From positions 368,173 through 432,172 of the forward strand of contig CAVOVT010000007.1 of NCBI GenBank assembly GCA_963699925.1: 64,000 bases of DNA, written 5' to 3'. Shown here one piece after another: positions 31,570 to 40,907 of this stretch. Under the pieces are notes generated by a model. That model saw nothing but the letters and a program-made list of their open reading frames with translations, was not told the DNA's origin and did no database searches. Position 1 is the stretch's first letter. Each line of letters starts with the position of its first letter. Both the position numbers and the translations under genes were made by a program. This stretch comes from an uncultured Gammaproteobacteria bacterium. Lineage in GTDB: Bacteria > Pseudomonadota > Gammaproteobacteria > Steroidobacterales > Rariloculaceae.

Positions 31570-32153
31570 CTACCGCGGCGCGGCGGGCGCGCTCGACGCG
31601 GCCGGCGCGGGTGGCTTGTCTTTCGCTGCCGGCGTGACACGACGTCCGCCGTCGAGCACAGCGTGATGCGTGCGCTGCTTGAAGCGCCAGCCCTGCGCGG
31701 TCTTCACGTAGATGTCCTCGTAGTAGCCGTCGCTCTCGATTTTGTTCGGGTCGCCGCCGAGGCCGATCATCATCATGTCACGGTGCCGGTCGCGCCCTCG
31801 GGCGTCGGCGTGATGATGTGGTTCACGTAGATGTGGTGCACGCCCTGCTCGATCCAGCCGACGTTCTTACAGCCCTTCGAGCCGCCGCCGGAGACCTCGG
31901 CGAGCTTCTCGCGGCCTTGAATCCCGGTCACCGACTTGCCGTTCACCATCGGCAGGAACACGCCGTCCGGCGTGTAGAGGTCCGCGTAGTCGTAGCCGTT
32001 GTTCGAGCACGTGTCGATCGCGCGCGCGTATTTCGCTACGAGCTGCTGGATCTGAATGTAGTCGAGCGCGGTGAGCTCCATTGGCTTCTGCGCAAGCGCT
32101 GGCGCCGTGAAGATCGCGGCGAACGCGAAGGCGGTGAAGAGTCGTTTGGTCAT
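31570..32153 (-). CDS. NTF2/SnoaL-like fold protein with signal peptide
   Basis: It reads MTKRLFTAFAFAAIFTAPALA, then LDYIQIQQLVAKYARAIDT. The C-terminal piece in ORF 31570..31776 has YYEDIYVKTAQGWRFKQRT. There is one frame change near 31775. Confidence 0.6.
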
Positions 32154-32349
32154 GGACGTGTCTCCTTTGTTGGCTGTCGGCCGGACTCGTGTCCGGCGTC
32201 GCGGTGAGAATCTACACGCAGATTCCATCCTCGAGCGATACCGTCTCGCGAGCGATGGAGAACGCGCTATCCTTCGGCGCGCACGGACGGGTTCTCGAGC
32301 GGTTGTGCCGCGAGCCGCGTCCGCGCCGAGGATAGCCACGCACGCCCAC

Positions 32350-33549
32350 ATGCGGACGCAGGTCGCCATCGTCGGCGCCGGCCCGTCGGGCCTGCTGCTC
32401 GGCGCAGCTGCTGCACAAGGCCGGCATCGACGCCGTCGTGCTCGAGCGGCACAGCCGCGCGACTACGTGCTCGGCCGCATCCGCGCCGGCGTGCTCGAGC
32501 AGGTGACGCGTCGATCTGCTCGACGAGGCCGGCGTCGGCGCGCGCATGCACCGCGAAGGCCTGGTGCACGACGGCTTCGAGATCCTCGTCGGCGGCGAGC
32601 GCCACCGCATCGACTCGCGCGGCCTGACCGGCGGCAAGCAGCGTGATGGTCTACGGCCAGACCGAGCTCACGCGCGACCTGATGGAGGCGCGCGCGGCCG
32701 CCGGCTGCCCACGGTCTACGAGGCCGCGGACGTCGCCGTGCACGGCTTCGACGGCGCGAAGCCGCACGTGACCTACCGCCAGGACGGACGCGAGCAGCGC
32801 CTCGACTGCGACTTCATCGCCGGCTGCGACGGCTTCCACGGCGTCTGCCGCGCGAGCGTGCCGCAGAGCGCGATCGCGGAATACGAGAAGGTCTATCCGT
32901 TCGGCTGGCTCGGCGTGCTGTCCGAGACGCCGCCGGTCAGCGACGAGCTGATCTACGTCAACAGCCCGCGCGGCTTCGCGCTCTGCTCGATGCGCAGCCG
33001 CACGCGCAGCCGCTACTACCTGCAGGTGCCGCTGACCGAGCAGGCGGAGGACTGGACGCGACGAGGCGTTCTGGGACGAGCTGCGCTGCGGCTCGACGAC
33101 GCAGGGCCGCGACGCGCTCGTCACCGGGCCCGTCGATCGAGAAGAGCATCGCGCCGCTGCGCAGCTTCGTCGCCGAGCCGCTGCGCTTCGGCCGGCTGTT
33201 CCTCGCCGGCGACGCCGGGCCACATCGTGCCGCCGACCGGCGCCAAGGGCCTGAACCTCGCGGCCACCGACGTGAACTTGCTCGCGGGCGCGCTGATCGA
33301 GCACTACCAGCGAGCGCAGCGACGCCGGGCTCGAGCACTACTCGGAGCGCTGCCTGCGCCGCGATCTGGCGGGCCGAGCGCTTCTCGTGGTGGTTCACCT
33401 CGCTGACGCACCGCTTCGACGACGAGGGCACGATCGGGGCGAAGCTCCAGCGCGCGGAGCTCGACTACCTGCTGCACTCGGACGCGGGCCGCGACACGCT
33501 CGCCGAGAACTACGTCGGGCTGCCGCTCGACTTCGGCTCCAATTTTTGA
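32350..33549 (+). CDS. pobA: 4-hydroxybenzoate 3-monooxygenase
   Basis: It has MRTQVAIVGAGPSGLLLG, RIRAGVLEQ, DFIAGCDGFHGVCR and YPFGWLGVLSETPPVSDELIY. It also has [30 protein letters not shown] and LAENYVGLPL. About 6 frame changes are needed. Confidence 0.85.
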
Positions 33550-33570
33550 AATTGGCTCCAAAGTTTGAAA
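33535..33570. repeat. AT-rich 17-nt direct repeat GGCTCCAAnnTTTGAAA x2 (19-nt period) containing hairpin CCAATTT-TTG-AAATTGG
   Basis: I read it directly from the sequence. Unit 1 overlaps the pobA stop codon. It lies between pobA and a truncated hemerythrin-like ORF. Confidence 0.4.
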
Positions 33571-33618
33571 CGAGCCTCGCCGCCCGCGTCGAACGGTCGA
33601 ATGGCCGCCGGGCGCCGG

Positions 33619-33842
33619 TCAGCGAAGGCCGGATAGCGCGGCTTCGATGCGCGTATGGACTTTCAGCGCCCGACAGATCTCGCCCGCAAGCGTCCTCCTC
33701 GCGGCCGCGCCGGATCGCTTGAAGGCATCGAAAAGCGCTTCGACTTCGCGGCTTTCGGCTCGGTACGGATCTTTCACGAGCCTCTGATACGCCGCCGCTT
33801 GCTCGTCGCCGCTCTTTTCGTCGCTGACCGCCTTCTCGCCAT
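33619..33842 (-). pseudogene. hemerythrin-domain protein fragment (N-terminal part only)
   Basis: AGGAGG sits 5 nt before the ATG at 33842. After a frame change right at the start it reads GEKAVSDEKSGDEQAAAYQRLVKD...SREVEALFDAFKRS...LAGEICRALKVHTRIE. This resembles the first two helices of hemerythrin-like proteins. A YPAF follows only in another frame, and then the pobA 3' end is reached. Confidence 0.4.
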
Positions 33843-33955
33843 GACGTCCTCCTGCGTTGAGCGTGCCGAATATGCAGCATGCATGCCACGGCACTGCGGA
33901 GGACGATCGCGATGTCGTGCGGCGTCTCGCTCGACGCGCCGAGCCGGGCGCCGGT

Positions 33956-35561
33956 TCAGTCGTTCCGCGACCGTGGAGCCGCGCTCGGCGAGGGCCTTCG
34001 TGAGGATCTTCTCGGCGGCCGGGAACTCGCGCCCCGTGTTCGCGAGGAACACTCCGCGCGACATCATGAGCGGCGTCCAGCCGAGGTCGGTCTTCGCATC
34101 GAGCTTCGCGCCGTGGTCGACGAGGTACTGCACGATCGACGGCTGGTTCGCGAGGATCGCGCCGTGCAGCGCCGTGCTGCCGCTCCAGCGCGGATCGCCG
34201 GTGCCGAGGTCGAGCAGGTCCGCGATGTTGTGCGGGTAGTAGAGCAGCGTGTACTCGGCGTCGCCGACCATCTTGTAGTTGCCGAAGTGCGCGACCGCGT
34301 TGATGTCGTTGCCCAAGCTCGAGCGCCGCCTTCACGGCCTCGAGCCGCTCGGCCTCGGACACGCCCGTGAACGGCCCCGGCGTCTCGCCCTCCCACGTGT
34401 CGAGGCCGGCCGCGACCATCAGCGGCGTGACGCCGAAGCGGTTCGTGATGTTCGGGTCCGCGCCGCCGGCCGCGAGCACGCGCATGAGCTCCGCGTCGCC
34501 GTTCTTCGCCGCGACGTAGAACGCGGTCGCGCCGTTGTAGGTGAGCAGATGCCGGCCGAGCACGATGCCCGGCGGATTGCGCGTCGTGCCGCCGACCGTG
34601 TCGAAGCGGATCTCGGGCCAGTCGACGCGCACGTTCGGGTTCGCGCCGTGCGCGAGCAGCTTCTTCGACGAGCTCGAGGCTCGTGACGTTGCCGGTCGGC
34701 CGCGGCGCGGCCGGCGGCAGATCGCCGACGCCCGCGTCGCCGGTCGAGCCCGGCTTGCGCAGCCACGCGATCGTGTGCAGCGGCGACGCGCGCGCGTCGG
34801 GCAGGTTCGGATCGGCGCCGTAGTCGAGCAGCACGGACGCGGTCTCGTAGAACGCGTTCACGACCGCGACGTTGAGCGCGCTCGTGCCGTCGGGCGCGAG
34901 GTCGTTCGCGTGCGCGCCGTGGTCGAGCAGATAGCGCAGCGTGTCGATCTGCGCGTCGCGCACCGCGAACAGGAGCGGCGTGGAGCCCGCCTTCGACTTC
35001 GCGTTGACGTTCGCGCCGGCCTCGATCAGCGCCGCCACGACGTCGACGTGGCCCTCGCCCGCGGCCCACATGAGCGCGGTCTGGCCGCGCCAGCCTTCGG
35101 CCGCGTCGACCGTGGCGCCGTGCGCGAGCAGCGCCTCGACCGCGTCGAGCTTGCCGGTGCGCGCCGCGGTCATCAGCGGCGTCTGCCCTCGCGCGACGTC
35201 GCGTTCACGCTCGCGCCGGCCGCGAGCAGGCGCTCGATCGCGGCGCGATCGCCGTTGCCGGCCGCGAGATCGAGCGGCGTCGACGTTGAAACGGTTCGCG
35301 GCGTTCGCGGACGCGCCCGCGTCGAGCAGCGCGTCGATCAGCGCGAGGTCGTCGACCTCGGCCGCGAAGTGCAGCGCGGTCGCGCCGTCGCCCTCGGCCG
35401 CCGTTCACGTCGGCGCCGCTGTCGAGCAATGCGTTGACGGCCGCCCGATCGTGGCGCTTGACCGCGTCGATCAACGGCGTGGAGTCGGCCGCGCGCGCCG
35501 CTCCGGCGGCGCCGAGTGCGAGCGCGAGCACGAGCGTCGAGCCGATCTGTGCGCGTTGCAT
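33956..35561 (-). CDS. secreted ankyrin-repeat protein, copy 2
   Basis: It starts MQRAQIGSTLVLALALGAAGAARA and then has ankyrin units, for example GQTPLMTAARTGKLDAVEALLAHGATVDA and GSTPLLFAVRDAQIDTLRYLLDHGAHAN. The C-terminal region is homologous to copy 1 (TGDPRWSGSTALHGAILANQPSIVQYLVDHGAKLDAKTDLGWTPL). There are several frame changes, and the 3' end is uncertain. Confidence 0.7.
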
Positions 35562-35659
35562 GGGCGATCTCTCCGTTGCGCGTAGCGGAAATATACAACG
35601 GCGGCGCGGCGGGTCAGCGACGTCTCGCGCACGACTTGCGCGTTCTTACTCGTAGACGT

Positions 35660-35677
35660 ATATTCGTGTACGAATAT
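35660..35677. promoter_or_regulatory. perfect palindrome ATATTCG-TGTA-CGAATAT 18 nt upstream of the padR-family start; candidate autoregulatory operator
   Basis: I read it directly from the sequence. It lies in an AT-rich patch within the divergent ankyrin/padR intergenic region. Confidence 0.4.
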
Positions 35678-35694
35678 TTGTAGCCGAGGCAACG

Positions 35695-36342
35695 ATGGCG
35701 ACGAAACGCAAGGTCGACAACCTCATGGCGCTCGCGGTGCTCGCGACGGCCATCGAGCGACCGATGCATCGCTACGAGATGGCTTCGCTGATGCGCGCCC
35801 GCGGCAAGGATCAGGACATGGACATCAAGTGGGGCTCGCTCTACACGGTTGTCCAGAATCTCGAGAAGCATGGCCTGCTCGAGACCATCGGCAGCACCCG
35901 CCAGGGCGCCCGGCCCGAGCGGACGATCTACCGGATCACCGCGAGCGGTCGTCAGGAGCTGCTGGATTGGACGCGCGAGCTGATCGGCTCGCCCGCAGCC
36001 GAGAATCCGCGGTTCGCGGCGGGTCTCTCGGTCTGGATGCTGCTCTCCCCTGACGAGGTCATCGCGCTGCTGCGCGCCCGACTCGAGAAGCTCGAAGCCT
36101 CCCTCAAGAGCCGGCGCGCCGCGCTCGCGCAGGCCGGCGCCGAAATTCCGCGGTTGTTTCTCGTAGAGGCCGAGTACGCGCTTGCGATGACCAAAGCGGA
36201 AAGCGCGTGGATCCGCGGGCTGCTCGACGAGCTGAGCTCCGGGGAATACCCGGATCTCGCCTCTTGGCGAACCTGGCATGCGACCGGCGAAGTCCCGGCA
36301 CGTTTCGCTGAGCTCGCGAAACGCGGCGGCACGTCGGACTAA
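35695..36342 (+). CDS. PadR family transcriptional regulator
   Basis: The ORF is intact. It has LAVLATAIERPMHRYEMASLMRARGKDQDMDIKWGSLYTVVQNLEKHGLLE...RTIYRITASGRQEL. Confidence 0.9.
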   Translation: MATKRKVDNLMALAVLATAIERPMHRYEMASLMRARGKDQDMDIKWGSLYTVVQNLEKHGLLETIGSTRQGARPERTIYRITASGRQELLDWTRELIGSPAAENPRFAAGLSVWMLLSPDEVIALLRARLEKLEASLKSRRAALAQAGAEIPRLFLVEAEYALAMTKAESAWIRGLLDELSSGEYPDLASWRTWHATGEVPARFAELAKRGGTSD

Positions 36343-36395
36343 TTCGCCGCGCGCTGCGCGGCGCCGTACCAAAGTGTTGATAAGGAGATCGCACC

Positions 36396-37607
36396 ATGTC
36401 GAACGTAAACACAGCACTCGTGATCGGCGGCGGCATCGCGGGCCCCGTGGCGGCGATAGCGCTGCGCAAAGCGGGCATCGAAGCGAGCATCTACGAGGCG
36501 TATCCGCGTCCGAGCGAAGGCATCGGCGGGTCGCTCGCGCTCGAGCCAAACGGCCTAGCGGCGCTCGACGTGATCGGTGCAGCCGACGCCGTACGCGCCG
36601 TCGCGACGCCGATCACGCGCTCGGTGCTCGCGCTTGGCGGCAGAGAGCTGGGCAAGATTCCGGGGCTGCCCGGCCTGCCGCCGCGTCACGTGATCGAACG
36701 CGGTGAGCTGCACAAGATCCTAAACGAGCGCGCACGCATCGCGGGCGTGCGCATCGAGCACGGGAAGCGCTTGATCGGCGCGGACGAGTCGCGCGCCGGC
36801 ATCACGGCGCGCTTCGAAGACGGGACCACGGCAACAGCGGATATTCTTATCGGCGCCGATGGCGTGCGCTCGACGGTGCGCACGTTGATCGACCCCGCGG
36901 CGCCGAGCGCGTCGTTCACGGGCTTGCTCGGCTTCGGCGCAACCGTCGACGCGGGTCTCGATCTCGAGCCCGGCACGATGACGTTCGCGTTCGGCCGCCG
37001 CGCGTATTACCTCTACTGGCCGACTCGTGACGGCCGCACCGCTTGGGGCGCGAACTTGCCCGCGGCGACGCCGCTCACGCTGCGCGAGGCGCGCACGCTG
37101 CCGGCCGAGCGCTGGCTCGACACGCTGCGCGCCGCGTATGCCGACGACGATCCGGGCGCGCGGCTCGCGCACCGCACGACGGCCGGCGACCTCCAGGTCG
37201 TCGGCGCGCTGCACATCATGCCGTCCGTGCAGCGCTGGCATCGCGGCCGAAGGGTGCTGGTCGGGGATGCCGTGCACGCGCCATCGAACAGCACGGGCCA
37301 AGGCGCCTCGCTCGCGATCGAGAGCGCGGTGGAGCTCGCGCGTTGCGTGCGCGACCTGCCCAACGCCGAGCTCGCGTTCGCGGCTTACGAGGCGCTGCGG
37401 CGCGCACGCGTCGAGGCCATCGCGAAGCGTGGCGCCAGGATCAATCACTCGAAAGCGCCCGGCCGCGTGGCGCGCATGTTCATGCCCCTCGCGTTGCCGC
37501 TGATGTTCAAGCTCATGGACCTCGAGAAGACGATGGGCGCGGAGCAACGCTACATGATCGACTGGGACGCGCGTGTGAGCGCGGCCGTCCGAGCGTCCGC
37601 CGCCTGA
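36396..37607 (+). CDS. FAD-dependent (class A flavoprotein) monooxygenase
   Basis: The ORF is intact. It has ALVIGGGIAGPVAAIAL, LIGADGVRSTVR and VLVGDAVHAPSNSTGQGASLAIESA. Confidence 0.9.
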   Translation: MSNVNTALVIGGGIAGPVAAIALRKAGIEASIYEAYPRPSEGIGGSLALEPNGLAALDVIGAADAVRAVATPITRSVLALGGRELGKIPGLPGLPPRHVIERGELHKILNERARIAGVRIEHGKRLIGADESRAGITARFEDGTTATADILIGADGVRSTVRTLIDPAAPSASFTGLLGFGATVDAGLDLEPGTMTFAFGRRAYYLYWPTRDGRTAWGANLPAATPLTLREARTLPAERWLDTLRAAYADDDPGARLAHRTTAGDLQVVGALHIMPSVQRWHRGRRVLVGDAVHAPSNSTGQGASLAIESAVELARCVRDLPNAELAFAAYEALRRARVEAIAKRGARINHSKAPGRVARMFMPLALPLMFKLMDLEKTMGAEQRYMIDWDARVSAAVRASAA

Positions 37608-37686
37608 TGTCGAGGGCTGGCGATCGGAGGCGCGCCGTTGCGCTCGGCCGGCTTGCGCTCGCGCATCCAACCTAGACAATCGCGTC

Positions 37687-39482
37687 ATGGCACTCGTCAC
37701 TCTGCTCGACGCCCACCTCGCATTCGGTGATAGACCGCTGCTCGACGGGGCGGCATTCGCCGTGCAAGCGAATGAGCGCATCGGCTTGATCGGCCGTAAC
37801 GGGAGCGGCAAATCGACCCTGCTCCGAATCATCGCGGGCCGTGTACAGCCCGACGACGGCGGGCTCCAGGTTCGCGACGGCCTACGGATCGGCTTCGTCG
37901 AGCAGGAGCCCGAGCTCGAGCCCGCGTCGACCATCGGCGAGAGCCTGGCCGCCAGTATCCCGGGTGAGCGTTGGACGTTCCAGGCGCGGCTCAACGAATA
38001 CCTGGATCGCTTGGGTCTAGCGCCTGGCCGCGCGCTCGACACCGCGTCGGGCGGCGAGCGGAAGCGCGCCGCATTGGCGCGGGCCCTCGCGCTCGATCCG
38101 GAGTTGCTATTGCTCGACGAGCCGACCAACCATCTCGACATCGCAGGCATCGAGCGGCTCGAAGGGCTGCTGACGAAGGTGCCCGCGTGCATCGTGGTGA
38201 CCCACGATCGCGCGTTTCTCGATCGGGTCGCCACGCGCATCGTCGAGCTGGATCGCGGCGTGCTGCGCTCTTACCCCGGCAACTTCGGCGCCTACGAAGC
38301 GCGCAAGAACGACGAGCTTGCTGCGGAGGAAGTCGCAAACCGACGGTTCGATAAGTTCTGGGCGCAAGAGGAGGTCTGGATCCGCAAAGGCGTGGAAGCA
38401 CGCCGCACGCGCAACGAAGGCCGCGTTAAGCGGCTCGAGCGACTCCGCCTCGAGCGCGCGGAGCGACGCGATCGGCTCGGCAACATCAACCTCACGATGG
38501 ACGCCGGCCAAAACTCCGGTCGGCTGGTGGCCGAGTTGATCGACGTCACCAAACGCTTCGGGGACCGCCCGATCGTCGACCAGCTGTCGCTGCGCATCAT
38601 GCGCGGCGATCGCATCGGGCTCATCGGCCCGAACGGCGCCGGCAAGTCGACGCTCATCCGTATCATTCTCGGCGCGCTCGCCGCCGGATTCCGGCAGCGT
38701 GCGGCTCGGCTCGAACGTGCACGTCGCGTACTTCGACCAGCTCCGCGAGCAGCTCGATCCGGAGCTCACGGTGGCCGAAACCATCAGCCCGGGATCCGAC
38801 TGGGTCGAGCTCGGCACGCAGCGCAAGCACGTGATGAGCTATCTAGCTGACTTTCTGTTTTCAGCGCAGCGCGCGAAAGCGCCGATCAAGATGCTCTCGG
38901 GCGGCGAGCGCAACCGCCTCTTGCTCGCGCGCCTGTTCGCGCGCCCCGCTAATCTGATCGTGCTCGACGAGCCGACGAACGACCTCGACATCGAATCGCT
39001 CGAGCTGCTCGAGGAGAAGCTGCAGGGCTACGGCGGCACGCTGCTGCTCGTCAGCCACGATCGGCGCTTTCTCGACAATGTCGTCACCCAAACGCTGGTG
39101 CCCGAGGGCAACGGCGTGTGGCGCCAGTACGTCGGCGGCTACGCCGATTGGCTGCGCCAGCGGCCGGCGCCCGCCTCCACTTCGAACGAACGCCCGCGAG
39201 CACAGGCGCCCGCCTCCCGCACGAGGCCGCGGACGAAGCTGAGCTACAAGGAAGAGCGCGAGCTCGGCTGCACTTCCCCAAGAGATCCAGGCGCTCGAGC
39301 AAGAGCAACTGGATCTCACGGCCCGATTGAGCAGCGCGGAGCATCATCGCAAAGGCGCGGAAGGGGTCCGTCTGGACATCCAGCGCGCGCTCGACATCGA
39401 GCAGCTGCTCGAGGCCAAGTTCGCGCGCTGGGAGGAGCTCGAGCAGCTCCTCGCCGCTACCAACGCCGCTCCTCGATCCTAG
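37687..39482 (+). CDS. uup: ABC-F ATPase Uup
   Basis: It has two NBDs (GRNGSGKSTLL and GPNGAGKSTL). It has the Uup-like linker FDKFWAQEEVWIRKGVEARRTRNEGRVKRLERLR and a C-terminal coiled coil (KLSYKEERELAALPQEIQALEQEQ). There are two frame changes, near 38690 and 39265. Confidence 0.85.
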
Positions 39483-39545
39483 GAGTCGACCGCGCCCGCG
39501 GGGCGCGAGCGCGGCGCCGCGCCTCGCGCGCGACCGCCAATGGCG

Positions 39546-40907
39546 CTAATCGCGTCGCCCCGAGGCACCGGGCCTGTTCCGGAACACGCTCGGTATCTCC
39601 TTCGACTTCAGCGGCGCGAAGTCCGCGCGACCGACCTCCAGGCGCCGCTGCATGTCCGCGAGCACGTCCGGGAAGCGCGCGGCCACGCTGTAGCTCTCCG
39701 GCTCGGGAGCCTGCATGTCGTACAGCTGCGGATAACCGCGCTCCGCGAGAGCGACGTAGCCCGACCTGTAGTAGTCGGCCGAAACGTATTTCCAGCGCTG
39801 CGTGCGAATGGCGGCGACGTCTTCGTTGTTGAACAGCACGAGCTCGTCGTGAGGCGACGGCGCGCCGCGCAGCAACACGTCGGTGATGTCGAGGCCGTCC
39901 AGAGTGACGCCCGCGGGCAGCGGCTTGTGAGCCATGCTGCAGAAAGTCGGCAGGAGGTCGATCGCCATCGCGATCGAATGCACCGTGCGGCCGCGCGGAA
40001 CCACGCCTGGACGATGAGCGATGAACGGCACGCGATACCCGCCGTCGTAGCCACCGCCGCCCTTGCGCTGGCGCAGAGCCCCCGCCGAGCCTTCGAACCA
40101 CGGTCCGTTGTCCGAGGTGAGGATGACGAGCGTGTCGCGTTCGATACCGAGCGACTTGAGCTTTGCGAGCACCCTGCCGACGATCGCGTCGATTTCCTCG
40201 ACGACGTCGCCGTACGCACCGGCGTCGGAGTGCCCCGCATAAGGCGCGTGCGGATAGCTCGGCAGGTGCGGCGCGCTCAGCGCGAGCTCGAGGAAAAACG
40301 GCCGGGCTCGATGCTCTTCGATGAACCGCTCGGCGCGCTCGCAGAAGCGCTGTTGGAGCTGCGGATAGTCGACCTCGTATTGCTTCACCTGCGCTCCGGG
40401 GCCTTCGGCTTCATAGAGCGCCAGTGGCTGGATGTCGTGGCTGTACGGCAAGCCGAAGAAGAGATCGAAACCCTGCACCGTCGGCGGCCAGAACGGCGCG
40501 ATGTGGCCCAGGTGCCACTTGCCGATCAGCGCGGTCGCATACTTCGGTTTCAGCGCCTCCGCGATCGTGATTTCAGCGGGATCGAGGCCGCGCGTGTCGT
40601 TCGCGAAGATCACCTCGTAGGCGAGGCCGGTGCGAATCGGATAACGTCCGGTCAGGAAGCCAGCGCGCGACGGCGTGCACAAGTTGGCCGCCGCGTAGTA
40701 GTCCGCGAGCACCGTACCTTCCCGCGCGATCCGGTCGTGCACTCGCTTTGCGCCGAACGCGCCGACATCGCCGTAACCGAGTTCGTCGCAGAGCACGACG
40801 ACGAAATTCGGCGGGCGTTCGGCGCCGCTCGCCGCGGCTCCCAGCGTAGCGGCACCCAGCGCCGCCGCGCAGCGTCGCAGAAAATCCCGTCGGTCCAACC
40901 GCGTCAC
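39546..40907 (-). CDS. arylsulfatase-family sulfatase with Tat signal
   Basis: The ORF is intact. The GTG start at 40907 overlaps the upstream stop (GTGA). It has LDRRDFLRRCAAALGAATLGAAA, CTPSRAGFLTGRYP (the formylglycine motif) and GKWHLG. Confidence 0.85.
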   Translation of the reverse strand: MTRLDRRDFLRRCAAALGAATLGAAASGAERPPNFVVVLCDELGYGDVGAFGAKRVHDRIAREGTVLADYYAAANLCTPSRAGFLTGRYPIRTGLAYEVIFANDTRGLDPAEITIAEALKPKYATALIGKWHLGHIAPFWPPTVQGFDLFFGLPYSHDIQPLALYEAEGPGAQVKQYEVDYPQLQQRFCERAERFIEEHRARPFFLELALSAPHLPSYPHAPYAGHSDAGAYGDVVEEIDAIVGRVLAKLKSLGIERDTLVILTSDNGPWFEGSAGALRQRKGGGGYDGGYRVPFIAHRPGVVPRGRTVHSIAMAIDLLPTFCSMAHKPLPAGVTLDGLDITDVLLRGAPSPHDELVLFNNEDVAAIRTQRWKYVSADYYRSGYVALAERGYPQLYDMQAPEPESYSVAARFPDVLADMQRRLEVGRADFAPLKSKEIPSVFRNRPGASGRRD

